Shown: positions 28,293 through 38,108 of the stretch, piece after piece
How the letters are laid out: each line of letters begins with the position of its first letter
Numbering within the stretch: the stretch's first letter is position 1
Assembly (NCBI GenBank): GCA_035402765.1
Contig: DAONDX010000008.1
Coordinates: 1-59,192, forward strand
Length of the DNA stretch: 59,192 nt
Origin: Candidatus Omnitrophota bacterium
GTDB lineage: Bacteria > Omnitrophota > Gorgyraeia > Gygaellales > Profunditerraquicolaceae
Direction of reading: 5' to 3'
Notes under the pieces: model-generated
What the model was told of the DNA's origin: nothing
The model's database searches: none
The model's input: the letters and a program-made list of their open reading frames with translations, nothing else
Translations under genes and position numbers: made by a program

Positions 28293-29221
28293 TATTGAGC
28301 CCTGATCGCTGTAACCGCTACACAATCTACAATATCTTTAGCAAAACAACCGCGAGACAAATCGCTGGCAGGTTTATTCAATCCTAGAAATAAAGGGCCC
28401 AGCGCACGGCAGCCGCTTAAACGCTGCACTAATTTATAAGCAATATTGCCTGCTTCCAAATTAGGAAAAATCAGGACATTGGCTTGCCCGTTGATCGGGC
28501 TATCCGGGCATTTAATCTCGGCTACATCCGGGACAATCGCCGCATCTCCCTGCAATTCACCGTCAGCTAATATCGATGGAGAAAGTTGTTTAAGCGCAGC
28601 TAAAGCTTCAGCAATCTTCTCGGCGGATTTAGTCTTGGCCGATCCTTTAGTAGAATAACTTAAGAAAGCCACCCGGGGAGTAAGATTTAAAACTTTACCT
28701 GCTAATTCTGCGGCGGTAAAAGCAATACAAGATAATTGCCTGGCGTTCGGGTCGGGAATAACCCCGCAATCAGCAAAAATAAACGTGCCCTTATCGCCAT
28801 ACGGACAATTCGGAACATCCATAATAAAACAACTTGAAGCAATTGTAAAACGTTCATCCAAACCGATACAACGGATACAAGCCCGCGCCACATCGGCGGT
28901 AGTATGCGCGGCGCCGGCAACTAAACCGTCCGCCTCGCCTTCCCGGGTCATCATTGCTCCATAATAGAGGTTATCCGAAAAAAGTTTTCTGACCACCTCC
29001 AGGTTAATATCTTTAGACTGATAAAGCTCATAATATTGCTGGATATATTTTTCTTTCTTGTTTTTATCGATCATCTCCGGAGTTAGAACCAGCGGTTTGG
29101 CTAATCCTTCTTTACGAATAATCTCCGCCGCTTCTAAAGTACGCTCATCGTCATATTCCGGCAAAACAATCGTTTTAATTTTTACCGCCGCTTGTTTGCG
29201 AATCCTGCTTATGGCATCCAT
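28292..29221 (-). CDS. pta: Phosphate acetyltransferase (catalytic PTA_PTB domain only)
   Basis: IVLPE, ADC, AFLSYSTKGS, DGELQGDAAI, FPNLEAGNIAYK, SDLSRGC. Confidence 0.93.
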   Translation of the reverse strand: MDAISRIRKQAAVKIKTIVLPEYDDERTLEAAEIIRKEGLAKPLVLTPEMIDKNKKEKYIQQYYELYQSKDINLEVVRKLFSDNLYYGAMMTREGEADGLVAGAAHTTADVARACIRCIGLDERFTIASSCFIMDVPNCPYGDKGTFIFADCGVIPDPNARQLSCIAFTAAELAGKVLNLTPRVAFLSYSTKGSAKTKSAEKIAEALAALKQLSPSILADGELQGDAAIVPDVAEIKCPDSPINGQANVLIFPNLEAGNIAYKLVQRLSGCRALGPLFLGLNKPASDLSRGCFAKDIVDCVAVTAIRAQ

Positions 29222-29263
29222 TTTTAAAACCCTTTCCCCTCTAAAGGAATCGCCACCTGAAAA

Positions 29264-30352
29264 TTAAAGGTGGGCCAAAATTTTTTTAAAATCCACATTC
29301 TCTTTAATCAATTTAACTACCGCATCAATCTTTTCTGTATCACAAGGCCGGATCTTAACCGTAATATCATGCACGCATGTCGCCACGTCATAAGTATCGG
29401 ATTTAGATAATAAGACCGGAATCTCAGCCTTAGTTAAAAGGCTCATAATCTGCGGATCCGGAGTAATTCCGCAAGTCAAAACCATCCCGCAGATTTTCAG
29501 CTTTTTATTGGCGGAATCACGAAAGCAATTCAAAGCAATCATGATCATATCCTGGCGGTCTCCAGGAGTGATCATTAAACTATCATCACTGATATAGCTT
29601 GCCGCATCACGCGGCTCCATCGCCGCGACAATCACTTTAGCTACTGAACGTTCTAAATATTCCTTGCCGCAAAGAACCTGAAAATCCGTCTCCTCTAAAA
29701 TCTGTTCGATCGTCGGCCGGGCCAGCATCGGGTCAAAAGGAAGCACGCCTAATACCTCTATCCCTTTTCTTTCCAATCCCTTCCTTACTAACCGGTTAAT
29801 CTTATCAAACTTATTCGGTAAAACTTTATTTACGATTACCCCCAGGACTTTTACTCCCTCTTTTTCAAAAAGAGCTTTATTTAAAACAATTTCATCAATC
29901 GGACGCCCTACTCCGCCCGATGAAATAATAATTACTTTAGAGCCTAATAACCTGGCCACTGAGGCATTAGAGTGGTCAAAAACCGAACCTACCCCGGCGT
30001 GCCCGGTGCCTTCGATTATCACCAATTCTTGTTTTTTAGAAACGCGGCGGAAAGAATCTTGAATTTGTTTAGAAATATTTTTTTTATCGGGTTTGGCGAT
30101 ATATTTCTCTGTAAAACCCTTCTCTACCGCGATCGGGCTCATATCTTTAAGCCCGCTCTTTATTCCGCAGACTTCTTCAATCAGAATCGAATCTTCGTCA
30201 ATCTTTAAGCCCTCTTCCTCCAAATAACGCTGGCCGATCGGCTTAATAAAACCTACTTTACCAAATTTTTGCTGCAAGTTTCGAATAATTCCTAAAGATA
30301 CCGTAGTCTTACCGTCATTCTGCTTAGTAGCGGCAATAAAGATCTTACGCAT
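29264..30352 (-). CDS. BioD-like P-loop + DRTGG domain protein (stand-alone Pta N-terminal region)
   Basis: ATKQNDGKTT, FIKPIGQ, IIEGTGH, ITPGDRQD, DTYDVA; immediately upstream of pta. Confidence 0.85.
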   Translation of the reverse strand: MRKIFIAATKQNDGKTTVSLGIIRNLQQKFGKVGFIKPIGQRYLEEEGLKIDEDSILIEEVCGIKSGLKDMSPIAVEKGFTEKYIAKPDKKNISKQIQDSFRRVSKKQELVIIEGTGHAGVGSVFDHSNASVARLLGSKVIIISSGGVGRPIDEIVLNKALFEKEGVKVLGVIVNKVLPNKFDKINRLVRKGLERKGIEVLGVLPFDPMLARPTIEQILEETDFQVLCGKEYLERSVAKVIVAAMEPRDAASYISDDSLMITPGDRQDMIMIALNCFRDSANKKLKICGMVLTCGITPDPQIMSLLTKAEIPVLLSKSDTYDVATCVHDITVKIRPCDTEKIDAVVKLIKENVDFKKILAHL

Positions 30353-30416
30353 CAGGCCCTTTTCTTTTATCTATTCATAAAGCTTTGCGCATTTAAATTT
30401 AAAAATATGCAGCCGA

Positions 30417-30737
30417 TTAACAGTTTTCTTCGATCTTGCGCCTTAAATCCGCTTTGCTTACTCCGCCGACAAATTGCTCGCTTACCTTGCCGTTTTTAAA
30501 GAACATTACTGTCGGAATAGACATAACACCATACTCAGTAGCCACTTTGGAATTATTATCTACATCTACCTTACCGATCTTCATTTTACCGGCATACTCT
30601 TTGGCCAGTTCATCGATTATCGGAGCGATCATTTTGCAAGGCCCGCACCAAGTAGCCCAGAAATCCACTAAAACCGGTAAATCCGATTCCAACACTTCTT
30701 TTTTAAAATTATGATCCGTAAAATGCTGCGTGCTCAT
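30417..30737 (-). CDS. trxA: Thioredoxin
   Basis: VDFWATWCGPCKMIAP, VMSIPT. Confidence 0.97.
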   Translation of the reverse strand: MSTQHFTDHNFKKEVLESDLPVLVDFWATWCGPCKMIAPIIDELAKEYAGKMKIGKVDVDNNSKVATEYGVMSIPTVMFFKNGKVSEQFVGGVSKADLRRKIEENC

Positions 30738-30816
30738 TTCTTTAATCCTTCGCTTTCATTAGGTTAATAAGATGGGAGATTTCTTAAATTATCATAAACA
30801 CCCGGGAATTGCAAGC

Positions 30817-30863
30817 AAAAAACAAAACAGGAGAAAGTCTTCTTTTTAAAACTTTCCCCTGTT
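30817..30863 (-). terminator. Rho-independent terminator
   Basis: AACAGGGGAAAGT/ACTTTCTCCTGTT stem followed by TTGTTTTTT on the minus strand. Confidence 0.7.
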
Positions 30864-30886
30864 CTGTTGTTTTATCTACTTTAAGC

Positions 30887-32461
30887 TTAATTAAGTTTAA
30901 GCGCCTTCAGCTGCGCTGAATAATATCCGCAAGTAAGCGAATCCAATGAAGCGGTCAACTCCTCTAATTTCAGCTGTTTTTGGAACCTTTTATTCCTGTC
31001 TTCCAAGGCTAAATTATCCAGCTCGCTTCTGACTCTTAACCGCTCAAAATAAAGTTTGTTCACCTGATCTAAAATATCATCCCGCAGCTCCACCAACAGT
31101 TTCGAGCGCACATCAATGCTAGTCTGAGCGTCATTCCAAATTAAATCACTTAAATCCCAAGTTAACGAGATATCCCAATCGATATTATCCCGTCCCCGGT
31201 GCAAAACATCATCATCGCTTTTAGTAGTCGATCCCCCTTCCCAATGCCATAAATCAGTGCTATTTCTCTCCAGGCCCAGATTAACCTGCGGAAGAAATGC
31301 CTTTTTAGCAGCATCTTTACGCCATTGCGTTATTTTCTCCGGGCTTACTTCAGCATATCTTATTGCTGCTTCCTGAACATCTCTGATATTAGGTTCGGAC
31401 CTAAGATATTCCTCAAATAAAGTTGAACCTGTAAAGTTGCCAAGATTAGTTGAGTTTGATTTAAATATTCCTTCTTTACAACAGGCATAGATATTATTCG
31501 AATCATCCAGAACAAGATAATTCAGATTACTTGAGGCCAAACCAAAACTTATCTCTAACCAACGTTGATCCGAATAGAGAAAAATTCCTGATTCAGTAAG
31601 TGCGATCACCTGCGAATTATCGGTTAGACAAAACATCTTTATATCAGAATTTAATAAACCATATTCAGTTAACTTTTCCCAGCTTTTACCCTGATTAAGG
31701 CTTTTATACATACCTTTTGAGGAAGAAAAATACAATAGGTTAATATTCTTTCTATCCGATCCGACAAAACGAATACCAAACTTCTCTCCAACTGATTCCG
31801 ATTCCTCAATAACAACATCTGCTTCAGGTTCTTGCCCGGCAGAACTCACAAATATCCTTTCCCAGTTTTGTCCGTAATCATTCGATTTAAATATCCCGCT
31901 TGCGGCAGCTAAATAGATAATTTCATTATCGCTAAAAACAGTATCTATATTAAATATGCCGATTTTACCTATACCAGCTTCTTGCCTGTACCAACTGCGG
32001 CCGTTATCCCTGCTGATGAACAATCCGGCTTTGGTGCCCGCAAATATCGCTTTGGCGCTAATCCCCATAGCAATACACTGGTTTTCCTGATCGTTTTTAC
32101 CCTGAAAAATCCTTTCCCATTTTTGTCCGGAATCATTACTGCGATATACCCCGTTATCTGTAGCCGCATAAATAATCTTAGAATTGTTTTTATCAGCGGA
32201 CAATACGTTAATATTACGCCGCTGTCCCCTTATCGAAAAAACCCTGCGCCAGCTTTTACCGGAATTTTCACTCTTAAATATATTCCCGGATTGCCCCGCA
32301 AAAATAATTTTTCCGTCTTGAGAATTAACCAAAAGAGCCTGAAGGTTAAGATTCTCCCTGCTAATCTCCTCCCAAATAAAATCCTGCGCTAAAACCACTC
32401 TCGCCATAAAACTCAAACCAATTATTAATACGCCCATCTTAATTTTACGCATTTTTGCCAC
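30887..32461 (-). CDS. Exported Asp-box (BNR/YCF48-like) beta-propeller protein with helical C-terminal domain of unknown function
   Basis: Signal peptide; repeats KSENSGKSW, RSNDSGQKW, SRDNGRSW, KSNDYGQNW, KSLNQGKSW; C-terminal ...LTWDLSDLIW...VNKLYFERLR...LDSLTCGYYS. Confidence 0.75.
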   Translation of the reverse strand: MAKMRKIKMGVLIIGLSFMARVVLAQDFIWEEISRENLNLQALLVNSQDGKIIFAGQSGNIFKSENSGKSWRRVFSIRGQRRNINVLSADKNNSKIIYAATDNGVYRSNDSGQKWERIFQGKNDQENQCIAMGISAKAIFAGTKAGLFISRDNGRSWYRQEAGIGKIGIFNIDTVFSDNEIIYLAAASGIFKSNDYGQNWERIFVSSAGQEPEADVVIEESESVGEKFGIRFVGSDRKNINLLYFSSSKGMYKSLNQGKSWEKLTEYGLLNSDIKMFCLTDNSQVIALTESGIFLYSDQRWLEISFGLASSNLNYLVLDDSNNIYACCKEGIFKSNSTNLGNFTGSTLFEEYLRSEPNIRDVQEAAIRYAEVSPEKITQWRKDAAKKAFLPQVNLGLERNSTDLWHWEGGSTTKSDDDVLHRGRDNIDWDISLTWDLSDLIWNDAQTSIDVRSKLLVELRDDILDQVNKLYFERLRVRSELDNLALEDRNKRFQKQLKLEELTASLDSLTCGYYSAQLKALKLN

Positions 32462-32552
32462 CTCCTACGATAATTGACGTAAAAGGCTAAAAAATCTAAC
32501 AAAAAAAACACCTTTGGACAAAAGGCGCCTTTTGGTCTCCTAAAACCTAAAC

Positions 32553-33161
32553 TTAAAGCGAATTAATAACAAAATCCAACACTACATCCGCTTGTTTTGC
32601 AGCGGCGATATTTACGCGCGGAGATAAAGCCGGTTTATTACTAATATCAGATTTTAAATCACCCACCAACACAAATTTATTTTTTATTCTGTGGATTTTA
32701 ATCTCATCACTTGCACCAATCCCTCCCACTCCGGATACTGCCACTGTAAATTTACCTAAACCCAGCAGCTCCTCTACCAACATACTTTTATAATCTGCCC
32801 GGTCAAGGCATTCGACGACAACATCGCATTCGCCGAATAAATCTCTAACGTTAGCTTTAGTGATTTTTTTATTAATTAAACTAAGCTCAATGTCCGGATT
32901 TATTCTTAGTAAATTGGCCTCCAGAGCCTTCACTTTATCCATGCTGACTTGATCCAAAAAATAAAACTGCCTATCTAGATTCGCAGGAGTAACTTTATCA
33001 AAATCCACAATCGTTAATTTCCTAAAACCGGCCCTCACCAGATTTAAAGCGCAATTTGAACCTAAACCACCGGCACCGGCTAAACCGATCCTGGCAGCCT
33101 GTATTTTTTTAAAATTACTCCCGCCGACTTTTTTTATAAGATTGTCCTGAAACGAACTCAT
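32553..33161 (-). CDS. thiF: Sulfur carrier protein ThiS adenylyltransferase
   Basis: GAGGLGS, DFDKVTPANLDRQ, CLDRADYK, PRVNIAAAKQA; in the thi operon. Confidence 0.92.
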   Translation of the reverse strand: MSSFQDNLIKKVGGSNFKKIQAARIGLAGAGGLGSNCALNLVRAGFRKLTIVDFDKVTPANLDRQFYFLDQVSMDKVKALEANLLRINPDIELSLINKKITKANVRDLFGECDVVVECLDRADYKSMLVEELLGLGKFTVAVSGVGGIGASDEIKIHRIKNKFVLVGDLKSDISNKPALSPRVNIAAAKQADVVLDFVINSL

Positions 33162-33162
33162 A

Positions 33163-34275
33163 TCAGAAATCCAGCCAGTCCTTAAAAACCGGTTGGTACC
33201 CTTTCTTTTCCAGCATTATTTTAATTTCATTTACGCTTCTTTGGTCCTGAATCTGAAATTGCAAAGCTTCCTGCCTTGGCTTAGCATAAATCGCATGTCC
33301 GCCGACCGAGGTTACGGAACCGGCAGATATTTTTGTAACGCCGAGCGGAATAAGCGCTTCCCTAAAACCCGGGCTCTCCCGTGTAGACAATGCAATACTC
33401 AGGCGAGGCAAAAAAATCCTAAGCGCTAAAATGATCTGGGTAATATTCTTATCACTGACTTGTCTGGCTGCTTTAAAATCACCAGTCTGCGGCTGGATCC
33501 TGGGTACAGATACTCCTATCTCTATATCCGGGAAATTATCCTGAAGATATTTGGCGTGTAAACCGAGAAAAAACGCCTCCCTCCTCCAATCTCCTAGACC
33601 CAATAAAGCTCCAATAGAGATACTCCGCATTCCGGCTTTTGCCCCTCTTTCAGGAGCATCCAACCTGAAACGATAATCTTTTTTCGGCCCGCAAAGGTGT
33701 AATTTTGCATAAAGCCGTTCATCATAAGTCTCTTGATAGATCGTCAGGCCGTCTGCCCCGGCAAGAACAAGAACGGCATATTCATCTTCAGTCAAAGGGT
33801 AAACTTCAATAGCAATAGATGAAAATCTTTTTTTCAAAATACTAACGCAATCCCGAATGTAACTGACCGGGCTTTTACCTCTTGATTCACCGGTTAGAAT
33901 TAAAATATGTTTTAACCCCGAAGCAGAAATTAATTGCGCTTCTTTCTGCACCTCATCCAGGCTGAGTTTTTTTCTTTCGATCTTATTATTTAAGTTAAAA
34001 CCGCAGTAACTGCAGGAATTCTCGCAATAGTTCGATAAGTACAAAGGCGTATAAAGCTGCATACTCTTTCCGAAATTCCGCCGGGTAATTACCTGCGCCT
34101 TTTGAGCCATGCTTTCTAAGTTATTTTCAGCTTCAGGAGAAAGTAGAAAAATAAATCGTTTTAGATCAAGAATATCTCTTTCAAAAGCAGCCTTAACGGA
34201 ATTAGATGAAACGCTATTAAAAACTCTTTCTAAATCGAAATCTTTATACCGCTGACAAATATCATAAAAACTCAT
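33163..34275 (-). CDS. thiH: 2-iminoacetate synthase (radical SAM)
   Basis: [47 protein letters not shown]. Confidence 0.94.
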   Translation of the reverse strand: MSFYDICQRYKDFDLERVFNSVSSNSVKAAFERDILDLKRFIFLLSPEAENNLESMAQKAQVITRRNFGKSMQLYTPLYLSNYCENSCSYCGFNLNNKIERKKLSLDEVQKEAQLISASGLKHILILTGESRGKSPVSYIRDCVSILKKRFSSIAIEVYPLTEDEYAVLVLAGADGLTIYQETYDERLYAKLHLCGPKKDYRFRLDAPERGAKAGMRSISIGALLGLGDWRREAFFLGLHAKYLQDNFPDIEIGVSVPRIQPQTGDFKAARQVSDKNITQIILALRIFLPRLSIALSTRESPGFREALIPLGVTKISAGSVTSVGGHAIYAKPRQEALQFQIQDQRSVNEIKIMLEKKGYQPVFKDWLDF

Positions 34276-35048
34276 TTTTTCCCACCTAAAAATCCGGTTA
34301 AGGGGCTGGAGGCATTGGCAAATTTACTGGTAACCGGAATTCCCGATAAATAAGCTAATCTGCCTGCACAGACCGCTGTACTAAAAGCTTTAGCCATCTT
34401 AACCGGATCATCAGCAACAGCGATGGCAGTATTGACCAATACAGCCGCCGATCCTAGTTCCATACATTCGCAGGCTTGAGAGGGTTTCCCTAATCCGGCA
34501 TCAACGATTATCGGTACGTTAATTTCATTAATCATTATTTCAATAAGTTCACGCGTTTTAATCCCCCGATTGGAACCAATCGGGGAGCCTAAAGGCATAA
34601 CCGCGCTAGCCCCGGCTTGGGCCATTCGCCTGCCAATAGATAAATCCGGGCACATATATGGAAAAACTATAAAATTCTCCTTAACCAGGATTTCAACTGC
34701 TTTAAGCGTCTCTAAATTATCCGGAAGCAGATATTTATTATCCCGGATCACCTCTATTTTAATCCAATTCCCTGCGCCGGCTGCTTTTGCCAGCCGGGCA
34801 ATACGCACCGCCTCCTCAGCATTCCTTGCCCCGGAAGTATTTATCATAACCTGACAAGGTTTAGGAATATACTCTATAATATTCTTATCTTTCAGATCAG
34901 CATCAACCCTTCTTAAGGCAACCGTAGCTACTTCTGTTTCAGCTGCTTCCAAAGCCTGTTTCATTATTGGATAGCTGGCAAATTTACCGGTTCCGATAAA
35001 AAGCCTATTGCTGATTTTTTTACCTGCAATCTCCAAAAAATCTGTCAT
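34272..35048 (-). CDS. thiG: Thiazole synthase
   Basis: [46 protein letters not shown]. Confidence 0.96.
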   Translation of the reverse strand: MTDFLEIAGKKISNRLFIGTGKFASYPIMKQALEAAETEVATVALRRVDADLKDKNIIEYIPKPCQVMINTSGARNAEEAVRIARLAKAAGAGNWIKIEVIRDNKYLLPDNLETLKAVEILVKENFIVFPYMCPDLSIGRRMAQAGASAVMPLGSPIGSNRGIKTRELIEIMINEINVPIIVDAGLGKPSQACECMELGSAAVLVNTAIAVADDPVKMAKAFSTAVCAGRLAYLSGIPVTSKFANASSPLTGFLGGKK

Positions 35049-35050
35049 AA

Positions 35051-35251
35051 TTAGCCTCCGCCGACGAAACTTACAATTTCAATAAAATCATTCTCTTTTA
35101 AAGCTATCTTTTGCCATTTATGCTTTGGCACAATAACAGAATTATGTTCGATAACCAGATTATCGGCGCACAACCCCTTGTTTGATATAAGCTCAGCCAA
35201 GTTTGATTGCATTTTAATTTCTTCTGGCCTGCCATTTATGCTTACAACCAT
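35051..35251 (-). CDS. thiS: Sulfur carrier protein
   Basis: 66 aa ubiquitin-like, ends EIVSFVGGG. Confidence 0.95.
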   Translation of the reverse strand: MVVSINGRPEEIKMQSNLAELISNKGLCADNLVIEHNSVIVPKHKWQKIALKENDFIEIVSFVGGG

Positions 35252-35262
35252 AAAACCTCCTT

Positions 35263-35300
35263 AAAATAAAAAACTCTTATACCAAGCAGATATAAGAGTT
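35263..35300 (-). terminator. Riboswitch-controlled intrinsic terminator
   Basis: AACTCTTATATC-TGCTT-GGTATAAGAGTT followed by TTTTATTTT, downstream of the TPP aptamer and upstream of the thiS RBS. Confidence 0.85.
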
Positions 35301-35314
35301 AAAAAATAAACATC

Positions 35315-35407
35315 TTTTCCTCCGCTGGCATTATCCAGATCAGGTAATTAGGGTAACCTGCTCACTACGCAAGACTCTCAGGCCGCTTTAGCGACCTCCC
35401 CTCTAAA
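35315..35407 (-). ncRNA. TPP riboswitch (THI box)
   Basis: GGGGAGGTCGC...GCGGCCTGAGAG...ACCCTAATTACCTGATCTGGATAATGCCAGCGGAGGAA upstream of thiSGHF. Confidence 0.93.
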
Positions 35408-35415
35408 TTTTCTTT

Positions 35416-35444
35416 ATTAAACCACTATCACCGGCAGCTGTCAA
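35416..35444 (-). promoter_or_regulatory. Promoter of the thi operon
   Basis: TTGACA-17 bp-TTTAAT just 5' of the aptamer. Confidence 0.6.
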
Positions 35445-35459
35445 TTAGTTTATACCGGG

Positions 35460-37190
35460 TTAACGCAAGACAGCAAAATGAAGCAAAGCTCCAACAATAA
35501 TACTAATCCCGACCATAATAGAAGTAGATTTAATTAAACCTTTCAAACCTAATTCTTTGCCCAAAACCACAAAACTGGCTACACAAGGAAAAGATATCGC
35601 TAGTAGTGTGGCGCCGATAAACAACTGATTCGCACTAAGGCCAAGCGGCATCAACATCCCTACCGCCACATCTTTTCTTAAGAAACCAATCGCTAAAGCT
35701 ACTACGGCTTCTTTGGGCAACCCGAACAAACCATGGATAACCGGAGCGAAAATAGCCGTTACAAAATCAAATAATTTAAAATAAATCAGGATATTAATAA
35801 AACAGACGCCCAGTAATACCACCGGTAAGGCTTCCACTAAAAATCCCTTAATACGGAAATATAGCTTTTTCCAAAGCATCAGTAGCGGCGGAAATCTATA
35901 AGGAGGAATCTCCAGAAGAAACTCCGGGCTATAGCCGGATAAAGTACGGTTCAGGATTACCCCTAATATAATTACTAAAGAAAATAATACCAGATATACA
36001 CCGCTGACATAAAAGCCGCCGAACTTTCCTAAGAGGCCAAAAATCATCGCTTGCAAAGGAATACAGGGCACGCCGATAGAAATAATAGTGGCGGCAATAA
36101 ATCTTTCCCGCTTTGATTCCAGAACTCGCGTCGATAAAATCCCGGGGACATTACAACCAAATCCCAAAAGCACCGGGATTACCGCGTAACCATGCAAACC
36201 TAAACGATGCAAAAGATTATCTAATAATACCGCCAAGCGCGGCAAATACCCGATATCTTCCAATAGGCTTAAAATAAAATAAAAGGATATTACATAAGGC
36301 AGGACCATCCCAAACTCAATATAAGGAGCTGTTGTTAAAACTCCTAAAGATTGTTTAAAATCTATCTTTCCGTTGATCAGATCGCCAATCAATAAATGAA
36401 ACCAAAAACCTTTTCCCTGCCAGGTTATAGAGAGCCTTTCCAATATCGGCTGATAAATATTCATAAAAACCGGGTCGGTAATATGATTGATTATTCCCTC
36501 ACCGATAAAACGCACAAATTTAAACGCCGCGTAAATAATCCCCGCGGCCATAATCATCCCGGTAACCGGGCGCACCGAAGCATCCTCCATGATTTCCCTA
36601 AAAGTATGGTGGCGATGCTCTAGATGCTGCACCTGCTCAATAATCTTACCAATCTCCAGCCAACGCTGCTGGTGGGTAAACTTGCCCCTAAAAGAAGAAA
36701 CCGCCTCTTTTATTCTCTGGGTTAACAATTTAATCCCCATACCGGTCAAGGCACAGGTAGAAATAACCGGAACTTTCAGGAGTTGCTCTAATTTAGAAAA
36801 ATCAATATGCACGCCGCGATGCCCGGCATCATCACACATATTCATACAGACTACTACCGGAAAACCCTCTTCGATCAACTGTAAAGTTAAAAGCAGGTTC
36901 CTCTCAAGATTAGTGGAATCAATGATATTGATTACCGCAATCTCATCGCGGGGGAGTTCTTTCAACAAAGATACAGCTACCTCTTCGGCTCCAGAAGTAG
37001 GATCCAGGGAATAGGTACCCGGCAGATCCACAACTTCTACCTTTTCGTTATCCAGGACTAAATACCCTCTGGCAATCTCAACCGTCGTACCCGGATAATT
37101 TGAAGAAATCACCTGCACGCCGGTTAAACGCGAAAATATCACGCTTTTACCGACATTAGGGTTGCCGATTAGATAGATCTTTCTGATCAT
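35460..37190 (-). CDS. feoB: Ferrous iron transporter B (compact, 576 aa)
   Basis: G1 GNPNVGKS, G2 NYPGTTV, G3 DLPG, G4 NMCD; LEDIGYLPR, LGFGCNVP, LEIPPYRFP. Confidence 0.9.
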   Translation of the reverse strand: MIRKIYLIGNPNVGKSVIFSRLTGVQVISSNYPGTTVEIARGYLVLDNEKVEVVDLPGTYSLDPTSGAEEVAVSLLKELPRDEIAVINIIDSTNLERNLLLTLQLIEEGFPVVVCMNMCDDAGHRGVHIDFSKLEQLLKVPVISTCALTGMGIKLLTQRIKEAVSSFRGKFTHQQRWLEIGKIIEQVQHLEHRHHTFREIMEDASVRPVTGMIMAAGIIYAAFKFVRFIGEGIINHITDPVFMNIYQPILERLSITWQGKGFWFHLLIGDLINGKIDFKQSLGVLTTAPYIEFGMVLPYVISFYFILSLLEDIGYLPRLAVLLDNLLHRLGLHGYAVIPVLLGFGCNVPGILSTRVLESKRERFIAATIISIGVPCIPLQAMIFGLLGKFGGFYVSGVYLVLFSLVIILGVILNRTLSGYSPEFLLEIPPYRFPPLLMLWKKLYFRIKGFLVEALPVVLLGVCFINILIYFKLFDFVTAIFAPVIHGLFGLPKEAVVALAIGFLRKDVAVGMLMPLGLSANQLFIGATLLAISFPCVASFVVLGKELGLKGLIKSTSIMVGISIIVGALLHFAVLR

Positions 37191-37420
37191 TCTTTTTCCA
37201 CGATTATTTTTTCTGCCACGCTATGGCCTAAAGCCAAAATACTTCTGCCGGCTTTAATCACCACCGGTCCCTTTAGCCCGATATGGCTAAGCTTAGCCAC
37301 GGATTTGCCTTTATATACACCCATGCTTAAAAGCTTTTCCTCTAAATTAGAACCTCCTAGAATCTCGAGGATCTTTACCTTTTCATTTGCTTTAATCTGA
37401 ATTAATGATAATTTTTTCAT
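37187..37420 (-). CDS. feoA: FeoA family protein (start moved to MKKLSL at 37420)
   Basis: SH3-like: KLLSMGVYKG...GPVVIKAGRSILALGHSVAEKIIV; overlaps feoB start. Confidence 0.9.
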   Translation of the reverse strand: MKKLSLIQIKANEKVKILEILGGSNLEEKLLSMGVYKGKSVAKLSHIGLKGPVVIKAGRSILALGHSVAEKIIVEKE

Positions 37421-37488
37421 TTTGGTTTTGATTAAATTTAATTTTCTAGCTAATTTACAACAGAGAGCGTTCAAAGACTAAGATAACT

Positions 37489-37527
37489 TAATAAGAGGGG
37501 GAAGATCACTCCTCCCCCCTCTTATTA
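37489..37527. terminator. Strong hairpin between the Cys-rich gene and feoA (terminator or mRNA stabiliser)
   Basis: Perfect 13-bp inverted repeat TAATAAGAGGGGG/CCCCCTCTTATTA; weak U-tract. Confidence 0.6.
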
Positions 37528-37533
37528 GTTACC

Positions 37534-37749
37534 TTAGCAATTACATTTATCGCTGCATTTACCGTCAGCGCATTTACAATTGCCCGCCGTACAGCAGTTT
37601 CCCTTGCAAGCGCATTGGCCATCCGCGCAACAAGCGCTTTTTGCGCATTTGCAGGATTGCTTAACACAGCAGGTTTGTCCAGCTAAAGCGTAGCTGCTAG
37701 CCATTAATACAGAGATAATCAAAGCAATAAAAAATATATAATTTTTCAT
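37534..37749 (-). CDS. Exported Cys-rich metallothionein-like peptide (71 aa; start moved to MKNYIFF after AAGGAG)
   Basis: Signal peptide ending ALA; the mature part has 15 Cys as CC-x4-CxC repeats. Confidence 0.75.
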   Translation of the reverse strand: MKNYIFFIALIISVLMASSYALAGQTCCVKQSCKCAKSACCADGQCACKGNCCTAGNCKCADGKCSDKCNC

Positions 37750-37793
37750 ATTGATTCTCCTTTTAAATAAAATTTCTATGCTGTTAAAAGGAT

Positions 37794-38102
37794 TCAACTT
37801 TTGGGAGGATGGAAAATATCTTCCTTAAAAAGATAGGCATAAGAAAATGAAAATTTATGCGCAAAAAATCCGGAAAATACAAGCTTAGGCAAGAAATCAC
37901 TCTTAAGCACATACACCTGAAGCGGTGCTGAATAACTGCAAAGACAAGCTTTGGTAGATTCATGGCAGGTTTTTGCCCCCTGGCATTTATTATTACAGCA
38001 AGCACAATCCTGATGCCTACTGGCGTAAACATACTCAAAGGAAAAACCCGTAACCAAAGCAAGAATTATGAATATACTTAAGATTCTTAAGAGAGTCTTC
38101 AT
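37794..38102 (-). CDS. Small exported Cys-containing protein with C-terminal IFHPP motif (DUF2946/CutF-like leader candidate)
   Basis: Signal/TM segment, CACCNNKC...C...CLC, terminus EDIFHPPKS. Confidence 0.6.
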   Translation of the reverse strand: MKTLLRILSIFIILALVTGFSFEYVYASRHQDCACCNNKCQGAKTCHESTKACLCSYSAPLQVYVLKSDFLPKLVFSGFFAHKFSFSYAYLFKEDIFHPPKS

Positions 38103-38108
38103 GGATAA

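Noticed and set aside
37420-37488. Fur/DtxR box upstream of feoA
   Set aside because: AT-rich, but no convincing match to either consensus by eye.
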